Assembly: GCF_964213995.1 (NCBI RefSeq)
Contig: NC_135823.1
Coordinates: forward strand, 20,832,001-20,896,000
From: Mustelus asterias
Taxonomy: Eukaryota
Direction: 5' to 3'
DNA: 64,000 nt
Shown here: positions 36,340-47,362 of the stretch, piece after piece
Layout of the letters: every line of letters begins with the position of its first letter
Position numbering within the stretch: the stretch's first letter is position 1
Translations under genes and position numbers: made by a program
Notes under the pieces: model-generated
Told to the model about the DNA's origin: nothing
The model's database searches: none
The model's input: only the letters and a program-made list of their open reading frames with translations

Positions 36340-36720
36340 TGAGTCTAGGGCTTTCTCAGTGAGGGGTTGAGTTGAAGATATTTTCTGTGAGAAAGAGTTT
36401 TTTCTCTGAGAGCTGAGGTGAGATTTGCTCTGTAAGGGATAGGGAGGAGGGTTTTTTCTGTGAGGGTTGAGTTGAGGCTATTTTCAGTGAGGGGTTGAGT
36501 TGGGGGTTGAAGGTTTTTTCAGTGAAGGGTTGAGGGTATTATATGAGGGGTTGATTTGAGGGTATGCTCTGTGAGGTTTTCAGTGAGGGGTTGAGGGGTT
36601 TATGTGGGGGGTTGAGGTGAGAGGTTTTCAGTGAGGGGTTGATGTGGGGGGGGGTTGAGGTGAGAGGTTTTCAGTGAGGGGTTGATGTGGGGGGTTGAGT
36701 TGGAGGTTGAAGGGTTGATG
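36340..36720. repeat. G-rich low-complexity minisatellite (ttttcagtgaggggttga-like units)
   Basis: Many degenerate gtgaggggttga copies in NDUFB10 intron 1. Confidence 0.8.
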
Positions 36721-36801
36721 TGAGCTGTTCTATGTGAAGGACATTCACCCTGGGCCCAGAGCAGCTGCTGCAGAATCTCAGCCTCTGCCGCCCTCACTCA
36801 C

Positions 36802-36949
36802 CTCTGAAGGTTGTAACCGGCAAATCCACCGAGTAGTAGAAAAGTTTGCTGACAATGACAGCCGGGTTGGGCAGGCCAGTTTGCTTGTCCACTACCGGGG
36901 TCCGGCTGGCCGGCTGTTTGTAAACGTCCTTGTCCCAGTCCTCCGGCAT
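36802..36949 (-). CDS. NDUFB10: NDUFB10 exon 1
   Basis: MPEDWDKDVYKQPASRTPVVDKQTGLPNPAVIVSKLFYYSVDLPVTTFR G|gtgagt; joined CDS is 525 nt, 174 aa. Confidence 0.97.
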
Positions 36950-36959
36950 CGCTCCGACT

Positions 36960-37240
36960 AGGGAGGACAGTGCACACTGCGCAGCCGCAGCATATACAAC
37001 ATGGCGTCGCTTCCTACCCACACAGACACACACAACATGGCATCGCTTCTTACCCACACAGACACACACAACATGGCGTCGCTTCCTACCCACACAGACA
37101 CACACAACATGGCGTCCTGACTATCACGCCAAAGGCCGCGCTTCCTGCCAAACGCCATGCATGTTTCGAGCATGCGGAGTTCGAGGGAACCGTGACGTCA
37201 AGAGCTGGCCGCGGCCAGGACCAAAGATGGCGCTGCTGAA
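36960..37240 (-). promoter_or_regulatory. NDUFB10 CpG-rich promoter with CRE and YY1-like motifs
   Basis: TGACGTCA at 37193-37200, AAGATGGCG near 37224, repeated CAACATGGCG. Confidence 0.6.
36996..37117. repeat. 36-bp tandem repeat, 3 full copies plus a partial one
   Basis: acaacatggcgtcgcttcctacccacacagacacac repeated at 36996, 37032, 37068, partial at 37104. Confidence 0.95.
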
Positions 37241-39506
37241 ATCATCACAGCTGGTTGCTTTGTGCTCCTAACCAGCACTCTGAGAAATGTGACGTTCTAT
37301 TAATTTGAACTCCAGTGTGGGTTATTCAAATTAAAAAGAAAAGACACAGACTTAAGGCGAGAGACTACACTCTCTCCGAGTGGATGCCAGCATGCTAGAA
37401 TAAATTCGTAACCAAAGCTTTGAAAAAAGTGCATCTTTTGAAAGAAACAATTGCAGTATTGCCTGTGGAAAGAGTGACAGTAAATTGTTAGTTTCACTAT
37501 GAAACTATATAAATCCTGAAGAAAGCAAATGGCACCATGCACTTGGTCACAATAACTTTGAGCAAACATTGACAGGGGAAACTCCCCCAAAGAATTTGCC
37601 TGGGGTGAGGAGGGAGGATATGGGTTGAGGGAGGATATGTGCTGAGGAGCAGTGGCTGGGGGTGAAGAGGGAGTGGATGGGACTCTATTAGATATTGCTC
37701 AACACTCCCTATGGATGCTTCATGCTTACTAACACCCCAGGAACTAAACTTTGAAATTGGCCCATGCATGATTCTTCCAATGTCACCATGCTATGTAAAC
37801 AGACTTGTAGACAGATAATGGCTGTCTGGGCACCACAAAATGACATCAGTAGATTTCCGCGCATGCACAGATCAGTGCGCATGTGAGAACCATTATGTTG
37901 CAGTAACAGGTGATACAGTGCACAGGGTACACAGAATATGGCGTTGCTCCCTACACATAGACACACACAACATGATGCTTGTGCCATGATGATGGATCAT
38001 AGCCCAAATTACTTACAGACAAATTGAACTTTTAAGTAAAACATGTGTTTTTAAAAATGGACATACAAGTCTAAAATGGCTGAGAATGTAAATTCTGAGA
38101 ATGTAATTCAGTGGCTATCTAGGAAATCTCTACATGGATTATATTAATTCCCAAGAACGACAATGGAATGTTTGACCCTTTTCCAGACAGACATTTCAAA
38201 GGAAGAGGCGATGCAAAAACTGAACTGTAATCCCCTGTGGAGATAATGGAAGCTGGTTACCACCTCAGCAGAAGCTACCACTATCCTGTGGGTTATATCC
38301 AAGAAGTGTTTGTGATTTTCCCCTTCCAGGGATAAACAAGGAACTGGGATAAAAAGCCAGCAACAGACCTGATCAGTGTGTACTGATACTGGGATGTCAT
38401 AGTGTGTGACACACAAACAAGAAGAGACAGCAATCAGTCATCCTTGCAAAGGAAGCTTTCCTCACAGAATTCATAGGATTCATACAGTGTCGCCACGAAC
38501 TCCTCAAGGAAAATTAAAGACTGATTCACATATCTTTGTATTAACTTTTATTTTTGGACTCACTTCTCATTTCTAATCTGCGTGAATGTATGTTGTATTT
38601 TATTATTTGTTTCTTGCGTTTTAGTAATTAATAAACCTTTCTTTAACGAGAAAGCCAGGTGCTGTTACTAACAAGAAGAATAAAGGACAGGAGTCAATTC
38701 ACAGTTTAACCCAGTTTTATTAACTAATCCTCATGAGTACCTGGGTAAACAAGTTTTTGTATGGAATCATAGACTAGAATCATAGAATGCCGACAGTGCC
38801 GAAGGAGGCCATTTAGCCCATCGAGTCTGTACTGACCACAATCCCACCCAGGCCCTATTCCTGTAACCCCACATATTTAACCTGCTAATCCCCTGACACG
38901 AGGGGCAATTTAGCATGGCCCAATCAACCCGCACATCTTTGGACTGTGGGAGGAAACCAGAGCACCCGGAGGAAACCCACGCAGACACGGGGAGAATGTG
39001 AAAGCTCCACACAGACAGTGATCAGAGGCTGGAATTGAACCCGGGTCCCTGGTGCTGTGAGGCAGCAGTGCTAACCACTGTGCCACCATAACGGTGAGAA
39101 TCCGAGGTGCCAGAGAGTCTGGCTAAAACTGGGGAATACACAAAAACTGACCCTATTTAGTCAAGGCTGCGGACCTTCAGTTCCAGCCTCCAGGGCAAGT
39201 CCAGGGTTGCCCTTGCTCCCCCCTGATATGTGCCTGTGTTTTAAATGTGACCTGTCTGAATTCCCATCAGGCCTGGCTGCAGAGGCTGTTGACTGCTGTT
39301 TAATTTAGATTGTCCAATTCTGTGTCAGGCCTAGTTGCTCAGGCTGTTGGCCACTTGGCCACACATGTCTAATTATAAGAGTATTTTTTTATTTTTATTG
39401 ATCAACTACAATCCTAATATGAGCAAAAGGTGCGGCCTGTATAATTGGTTGAAAATTCTGGAAATATTCAGCAGCTCCAAACTAACAGTAGCTGTTTTCA
39501 GCCAGA

Positions 39507-39820
39507 ACATAGAACAGTACAGCACAGAACAGGCCCTTCGGCCCACGATGTTGTGCCGAGCTTTATCTGAAACCAAGATCAAGCTATCCCACTCCCTATC
39601 ATCCTGGTGTGCTCCATGTGCCTATCCAATAACCGCTTAAATGTTCCTAAAGTGTCTGACTCCACTATCACTGCAGGCAGTCCATTCCACACCCCAACCA
39701 CTCTCTGCGTAAAGAACCTACCTCTGATATCCTTCCTATATCTCCCACCATGAACCCTATAGTTATGCCCCCTTGTAATAGCTCCATCCACCCGAGGAAA
39801 TAGTCTTTGAACGTTCACTC
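39507..39820 (-). mobile_element. CR1-type LINE 3' fragment
   Basis: TRGHNYRVHGGRYRKDIRGRFFTQRVVGVWNGLP; ttctatgttct tail. Confidence 0.85.
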
Positions 39821-40619
39821 TAACTGAAGTTGAATTTTAAACCAGCGAACGTGCCTCGAGTGTGGGAGATTTGGTTTGCACCCAGAGCCACAAGCAGGAA
39901 AGCACGTGATCTTTCAATGAGAAGTTTGGTTGAATGTGCTCCATACTGATTGGTTGTTCCTGCTATCGACGACCTCATCAAGTGCCGCTTGCGGTTGGCG
40001 GACATTCCTGTCGATCTCCAATAGTCACCGAAAGTCGTCAGGACATCGGGACAGTTAGTCAAAATTAGGCTGGACAGAGTAGATAGGGAGAAACTCATTC
40101 CCGCTCGTAAAGAACAAAAGGACACAGATTCAAGGCCATCTGCAAAAGAAGCAAATGTAATGTGAAAAAAATATTCTCCACACAGCAAGTGGTTGGGGTC
40201 TGGAGTACCCTGTCTGGCAGTGTGGCGGAGGCAGGTTCAATGGAGGCATTCAAGAGGGATTGAGATGATTATTTGAATAGAAACAGTGGTACGGGAAAAA
40301 GGCAGGGGAATGGCATTAAGTCAAGATGCTCATTTGGAGAGCCGGTGCAGACACGATGGGCTGAATGGCCTCCTGCGCTGGAACGATTCTGTGATTGTGT
40401 TCCATGCATTGTGTTTGTGAGGAAAAGCACTTGCTTCTTTCTCTGATAGGTGGCACCACAACACCACAAACCTCTGAGAAATCTGCAGCTTTACAGTTCT
40501 GTTCATAACTTCTGCGTTAGAACAACAGCAATATTATTTATGGAATTCTTAAGCTGTACAACAGAATCAAGAAATTCCCAGAAAGACAGATTATTTTAAA
40601 TTAATGATATTATAAGCAT

Positions 40620-40758
40620 TGGGGTGGGATTTTCTGGCTCCGCCCACAGCAGGGTGGGACAATCCAACCCAAATTCAACAGACCTTTCGCTGATCGTCAA
40701 ATTTTCCGTCCCGCCATGACGATTCCCGCAGCGGGCGTGACTGGAAAATCCTACCCAT
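40620..40758. mobile_element. MITE-like element with terminal inverted repeats
   Basis: tggggtgggattttctgg ... ctggaaaatcctaccca; similar ~130-190 bp TIR-bounded units near 12040, 42374, 52356, 58287, 61573. Confidence 0.6.
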
Positions 40759-41241
40759 GGTTATTTTGCAGTTATTCATTTCTTAGATAAAGTTTAAAGA
40801 GTTCACTTTTGCATATCGATCAAAAGGACTTTACATTGCACCTTCCATGGCTTCAGGACTTCTCAAAGTCTCACAACAGATATACATCCTAGCTATGACT
40901 GTAACACTACATTCTGCACTCTCTCGTTTCCTTCTCTATGAATGGCATGTTTTGTCTGTATAGCGTGCAAGAAACAATACTTTTCACTGTATATTAATAC
41001 ATGTGACAATAATAAATCAAATCAAATCAAATCAAAAGATAGTGTACACCACAGCGTAATCACTGTTGTCAGGAGGGAAACAGCCAGTTATGTTCAGCAA
41101 TGTGACAATGTCAGATATTTTGTTTATTAGTGCATTGATGAAGTGATAATTCTTAATTCCAGATATTTTTTATTGACTTCAAATTTCACCATCTGCTGTG
41201 GTGGGATTCAAACTCAGGTCTCCAGAACACTACCTTGGGTC

Positions 41242-41340
41242 AAAAACAGAAAATGCTGGAAAGTTTCAGCAGGTCTGACAGCATCTGTGGAGAGAGAATA
41301 GAGCCAATGTTTCGAGTCAGGATGACTCTTTGTCAGAGCT
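41242..41340 (-). mobile_element. Short Penelope-type element nested in a SINE
   Basis: Same family as 1834; tgggtc direct repeat on both sides. Confidence 0.7.
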
Positions 41341-44189
41341 GGGTCTCTTGGATTACTAGCCCAGTGACAATACCACTACGCCACTGCCTCCTTATGACCA
41401 TGAAACTATCACCAATTGTCATAAAAGACCTATCTGGTTCACTAATGTCCTTTAGGGAAGGAAATCTGCCGTCCTTACTTGGTCTGGCCTACATGTGACT
41501 CCAGAGCCACAGCAACGTGGTTGACTCCTAACTGAAATGGCTTAGTAAGCCACTCAGCTCAAGGGCAATTAGGGATGGGCAACAAATGCTGGCTTTAACA
41601 GTGACACCCACATCCCATGAAAGAAGAAACAAAATTTCCCTTGCTCTTCAAGATAGTGCTCCTTAGAATCTTTTGTGTTCACCCACCCAAGAGGGAAGAC
41701 GGGATCTCGGTTTACATCTCATCAGAAAGACAGCACCTCTGACAGTACAGTACTCGCTCAGTACTGCATTGAACTGTTAGCCTAGAACTTCTGCTCAAAA
41801 TATCCGTTATTGAAAGCAGTGCATTAGTTTCACACTTGACAAAGTTAGCACTTGAATATTTGGTCTTACATGTAAACCAGGGCCTTATCCATAAACCCTC
41901 TTGGGTGCATCTGAAAGATTCTATGGCACCATTTTGAAGAGCATGGGTAGTTATCTTTGGTATCCTGACCGTTATTTATCCCTGAACCAATTCTTCGACA
42001 AAAACAAGTTATCTGATATCATCACAGTGCGTTTTGTGGGAGCTTGCTGTGCACAAATTGGCTGCCGTGTTTCCTTCATCACAGATGTAACGACTCTCAG
42101 CATGCTTTGTAAATGAGACCGTCAACAATTTGAATGTATATTTTTCTGCAGAATATACATAGCTCATGAGGTCCAATGAAGAGCACTCGCCTGAAATGTA
42201 ACCTAATTGGTTCGTTTGTGCTTTTAACAGGCTACAATTTGTAATGGGTTTAACAAACCATTTATCTGTTGCCCCATGATTGACTAGTATCAATGACTCA
42301 AAAGTGCCAGTGAGGAGTTAGTAACTGGAGGAAGCATTGCTTTCCAAAGCTGCCATTATGATCCAGTAAATACTGGCCAGAATTCTCCGGCCATTCAAGC
42401 CCTGTTGCCGCTGCCAGTGAGGATGGAGTATTTGATGCTCAGCCACATTTCTGTTCACTGCAGCGGGACTGGAGCATCCCAGCTGCGAGCGAGGTCGGAG
42501 AATCGGCCCACTGCCTTTTTGTTAACGTGATTTATACTTGTATGTTTAAAAAGATTCATTTTCTACTACATTCAGTCCTCGTGATTCCTTCAGTTAATTC
42601 TCCTAAAATCCCTATACCATTTTCTTAGAGCATTTTAAAGTGAAGGGACACCTTAAAGCACGGAGGCACTGATACCACTGACTGGAAGGAGAAGGCTGTG
42701 GAAGTTCAGCATGACTCCACTGTGTCCACAGCGTCCATCAAGGTGCAAACCACTTCTCAGCTCAGTGAAATGCAGGTTAGGTGGATTGGCCATGCTAAAA
42801 TGCCCGTTAGTGTACCAAGATGTCTATGTTAAATGGATTAGCCATGGTAAATGTGTGGAGTTATGGGGATAGGGTGCAGGAAAGGGCCAGGGTAAGATAC
42901 TCTGTCAGAGAATCGATGCAGACTCGATGGGCTGAATGGCCTCCTTCTGCTCTGGAGGGATTCTATGTCTCCTAGACTAGCCTTCAAGAAGGGAAGAAAT
43001 GGGCTGGGTAAACAGTCATTAATGCTCACAAGTGCCAATTGCAAGGGGATCGACAACAAAACAGGTACCCACATCTGTTTGGACAAGTTTGGGCAATAAA
43101 TGCTGGCCAGCCAGCGATGCCCATGTCCCACAAATGAATTTTAAAAATCCAGAAGTGTTCAGGTTAGGTGAATTGGCTACACTAAATTGCCCCTTAATGT
43201 CCCAAGATGTGTAGGTTAAATGGATTAGCCATGGTAAATGTGTGGAGTTATGGGGATAAGGTGGGGGAGAGGGCATTGGTGCAGACTCGATGGGCTGAAT
43301 GGCCTCCTTCTACACTGTAGGATTTCTGTGATTCTTCTATGAAACATTTCATCACCTTTCATAGAACATAGAATCCCTACAGTGCAGAAGGAGGCCATTC
43401 GGCCCATCGAGCCTACATCGACAACAATCCCACCCAGGCCCTAACCCCATGTAGTTACCCTGCTAATCTCCCTGACACTAAAGGGCAATTTAGCATGGCC
43501 AATCCACCTAACGTGCACATCTTTGGAGTGTGGGAGGAAACTGGAGCACCCGGAGGAAACCCATGCAGACACGGGGAGAATGTGTAGACTCCGCACAGAT
43601 TGTGACCCAAGCCGGGAATTGAACCCGGGTCCCTGGCGCTGTGAGGCAGCAGTGCTAACCACCGTGCTACCGTGCCGCCTCTGAATATTACTTTACGCGA
43701 CTCGGTGTCAAAATGTGTTTGAGAATGGTCATGTAAAGTGCTTTGGGACTTCGAACTATCTTGAAGGTGCTATTAGGTGCTGGTTAGGTGCATTGGCCAT
43801 GCTAAATTCTCCCTCAGTGTACCCGAACAGGCACCAGAGTGTGGCAACTAGCGGATTTTCACAGTAACTACATTGCAGTGTTAATGTAAGCCTGCTTGTG
43901 ACACTAATAAATAAACTTTAAATGCAAATAGTTGCTCTTGAAGTCTGCCAAAAATAAAAAAGGTACATTTTTTCATTAAAACCGTACGGGTGTGTCCGTG
44001 TATGATTTGACAGGACGAAATCCAAGTGATATTTCGAGCGACAGCACTCATGTCATTTGACTGTTATTATTCACTTTATTATTTTCAGGTGGTGATGAAT
44101 CTCATGAGGGGAAAAAGAAGAGTTTTGAAAAGTGGCCAGTGAACATTTGTAATGGAGTAGACAGCTTCAGTGACACCTTGCTCTTTGGT

Positions 44190-44345
44190 GTCTGCAACTG
44201 TTGTGATTTCAAACTTGGGCAACCACCCGGTTCCTAAAATTAATCTGTGGGCTAATGGAGCCAGGAGCTAAATTGGTGACTTTATATTAAGTAACATCTT
44301 CAGGATGAGCTTATTTCAGCACTTGGAAACTGCCTCTTTCAGCTG
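44190..44345 (+). promoter_or_regulatory. RPL3L proximal promoter with MEF2 site, TATA-like box and E-boxes
   Basis: CTAAAATTAA at 44234-44243 fits YTA(A/T)4TAR; tttatattaa at 44281; CAACTG near 44195 and CAGCTG at 44340. Confidence 0.55.
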
Positions 44346-44368
44346 CTTGCTAGTGCACAGTACACACC

Positions 44369-44371
44369 ATG
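44369..44371 (+). CDS. RPL3L: RPL3L exon 1 (ATG only)
   Basis: cacaccATG|gtacgt, good Kozak context; RPL3-family genes have an ATG-only first coding exon. Confidence 0.8.
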
Positions 44372-44610
44372 GTACGTACGCTATCTCCATGAGTTTTAGA
44401 ATGAAATACTACATTTCTTTCTTTGATTATCAGTAAAACTGGGTCTGAATGTATATTTTACATTTTATTACTCTTCTGCAGTAATAGGAATTGTTAGTGA
44501 CAAGTTTATCCAGCTCATTTTAAACGGGTGGATTTTCAATCGCAGGTTACATGTGTGGGTGGACATGTTTTTTTCTTTTAAAAATTTAAGTAGTGTGTTT
44601 CTGTTTGCAG

Positions 44611-44803
44611 TCACATCGCAAGTTCTCAGCTCCCCGGCACGGGCACCTGGGTTTTCTTCCTCGTAAGCGAAGTTCCAGACACAGAGGCAAAGTGAAAAGC
44701 TGGCCAAAGGATGATCCCAGCAAGCCTGTGCATCTGACCGCTTTCCTGGGCTACAAAGCCGGCATGACTCATATCCTGCGGGAAATACACCGACCCAGTC
44801 AGA
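44611..44803 (+). CDS. RPL3L: 60S ribosomal protein L3-like, exon 2
   Basis: [64 protein letters not shown]; RHGHLG, WPKDD and HRP are RPL3L-type residues; syntenic with NDUFB10. Confidence 0.96.
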
Positions 44804-45269
44804 GTAAGGATTTGGATTATATTACTGTCCCCGCCGTTTGAAAGTCAGCAGCTCCGACGGTGCCGTGCTCGATCAGTAAAGCACTGGAGACCCAGGCCGC
44901 GTAAAGCACTGGAGTGGGAATTATGTGGGACCCAGGTTCAATTCCTGGCCTTGGGTCACTGTCTGTGTGGAGTTTGCACGTTCTCCTCGTGTCTGTGTGG
45001 GTTTCCTCGGGGTGCTCCAGTTTCTTCCCAAAGATGTGTGGATTAGGTGGACTGTCCATGCTAAATTGACCCCAGGGGGATTAGCAGGGTAAATGGGTGG
45101 GGTTACGGGAATAGGGCCTGGGTGGGATTGTGGTCATACAGACTCGATGGGCCAAATGGCCTCCTTCTGTACTGTAGGGATTCTATGATTATCAATCTGC
45201 AGAGTTCTGACTCAGAGTTGAGATAGTGCCACCGACTGAGCTAAAGCTGAATGTATCGTGCTGAAGTCC

Positions 45270-45695
45270 CAGTCCAGAGGGGTGAGCATAGAATCTAGGC
45301 TGACAGTATCCCCGGCAGTACTGAGGGAGTGCTGCACTGCCAGAGTTGCTGATTTTCGCTCCCCCTGACAGTACTGAGGGAGTGCTGCACTGCCAGAGTT
45401 GTTGATTTTAGCTCCCCCCGACAGTACAGAGGGAGTGCTACACTGCCGGAGTTGCTGATTTTCGCTCCCTCTGACAGTACTGAGGGAGTGCTGCACTGCC
45501 AGAGTTGCTGATTTTCGCTCCCCCTGACAGTACTGAGGGAGTGCCACACTGCCGGAGTTGTTGATTTTCGCTCCCCCTGACAGTACTGAGGGAGTGCTGC
45601 ACTGCCGGAATTGCTGTTTTTCAGGTGAGATTTTAAGCGAGGTCCGCTTTGCCATCTCGGGTGGGCACAAAAGATCCTGTGACATTATTTTGGGG
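45270..45695 (+). mobile_element. Deu-domain SINE (SacSINE1/AmnSINE1-like) with internal 53-bp tandem array
   Basis: tctaggctgac...cagtactgagggagtgctgcactg...tttcaggtgaga..taagcgaggtcc core; other Deu-like copies near 31860(+), 41640-41790(-), 29870-30100(-). Confidence 0.7.
45316..45620 (+). repeat. 53-bp minisatellite, 5 full units plus a partial one
   Basis: Units start at 45316, 45369, 45422, 45475, 45528, 45581. Confidence 0.95.
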
Positions 45696-47193
45696 TTCTA
45701 AGCTTTCGAATTCACCTCTCTTCCTCACTTTTCTCCTTTAACATACTCCTTAAACTTACTCTGAGGCATTTGGAAATCTGCCATAATATTGCTTTATGTA
45801 GCCTGATGTCAGATTTTGTTTTATTAAGCTCCTGTGAAGCATCTTTGGACATTTTGTTAAGTTAAAGACACTATATAAATACACATTGCTGCTGTTAAAG
45901 TACTTTCTCCGTTTTAACGTCAGTTATTAATACCAAGCAGCTGCCTGACTTCCCTCCAGTGTTCATCCTGATCTTTATTAGTGTGGCTTGGGTTGCACCA
46001 TCTGTTCTATTATATTTTGCCATGAATAACTGTTATTAACAAAATTTCCAACGTCCCTTTGCATCATTTACAATGAGTTGCTTTGCGGGGCCTGTGATTC
46101 CGCTCCGCTGCTGTAACATTGGCAGGGCAGGACTTTTAATAAATCCTGGAGCACAGTCCCGGGAATTTCCAGGGGTCAGGAATTTGTATATCATTAGGGG
46201 ATGCTTGCAGCATTATTGGGGTGTAAGAGGGGCATCAGTTAGGTGAGCGGGGTGGGTAAGGGAGGGGTTCTGGAAAATGTGACCGGCTGCTTGAGGTGAG
46301 GGGTCCCACTGGAGACTAAAGTGCTGATTTAAAATGCTGATTTTAAGAAGGCTGATTTCACAGGGACCTGGTCTGAAACATACGTGGGATTACCTTCAAC
46401 TGTGGAAGGTATGGGACATCTGCATGTTGTACAGGCACTGGCTGAGCATTTCTGTGGGCTGTGCCCAGCACCCAACACATCTTCATGACTGATGTCAGGC
46501 TGTAAAAACCACTTACCCCCTGAGGAACTCCCAATGATACCTTCACACTCTCCACAGTTTCTACCCACTCCAAATCCACTGAGACGTTTGTGGACTTCCA
46601 GGGTCACCATAATCAAACACAGCAGGTATTCTTGTACTGCAGTGTCCCACATAAAGCCTTCTATGACATATGGAATAGCCTTTCCTCCTATGTACTTTCC
46701 TCATTGTATCAGTGGTTAGCACTGCTGCCTCACAGCGCCAGGGACCCGGGTTCAATTGCGGAGTCTGTGACTGTCTGTGTGGAGTTTGCACATTCTCCCT
46801 GTGTCTGCGTGGGTTTCCATCGGGTGATCCAGTTTCCTCCCACACTCCAAAGATGTGCGGGTTAGGTGGATTGGCCATGCTAAATTGTCCCTTAGTGTCC
46901 AAAGATGTGCAGGTTAGGTTGATTGGCCATGCTAAATTGCCTTTTAGTGTCAGGGGGATTAGTTGGGTAAATATGTGGGGTTAAGGGGATAGGGACTGGA
47001 TGGGATTGTGGTTGGTGCAGGCTCAATGGCCTTCTTCTGCACTGTAGAGATTCTATGATTCTATGATAAGCATTTGGACATAAGCCAAAATTGATTTGAG
47101 AAATGATTTTGTGGAGCAGCTCCCTTTCTATCTGCTCTGAGCTGTGTTTTGAGGTGTGGAGTGGGTTTTAACCCCAACATAATTACATTACAG

Positions 47194-47362
47194 AGATCGC
47201 AAAGCGAGAAGCAGTGGAGGCAGTGACTATAATCGATACTCCACCACTGGTAGTTGTTGGGATTGTCGGGTATGTGGAGACTCCCAAGGGACTGCGGACA
47301 TTTAAGACAATCTTTGCCGAACACATAAGTGACGAATGCAGGCGACGTTTCTACAAGAACTG
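47194..47362 (+). CDS. RPL3L: RPL3L exon 3
   Basis: [57 protein letters not shown]. Confidence 0.96.

Noticed and set aside
45316-45620. CRISPR-like regular repeats
   Set aside because: Units are contiguous with no unique spacers, derive from a SINE, and the DNA is vertebrate
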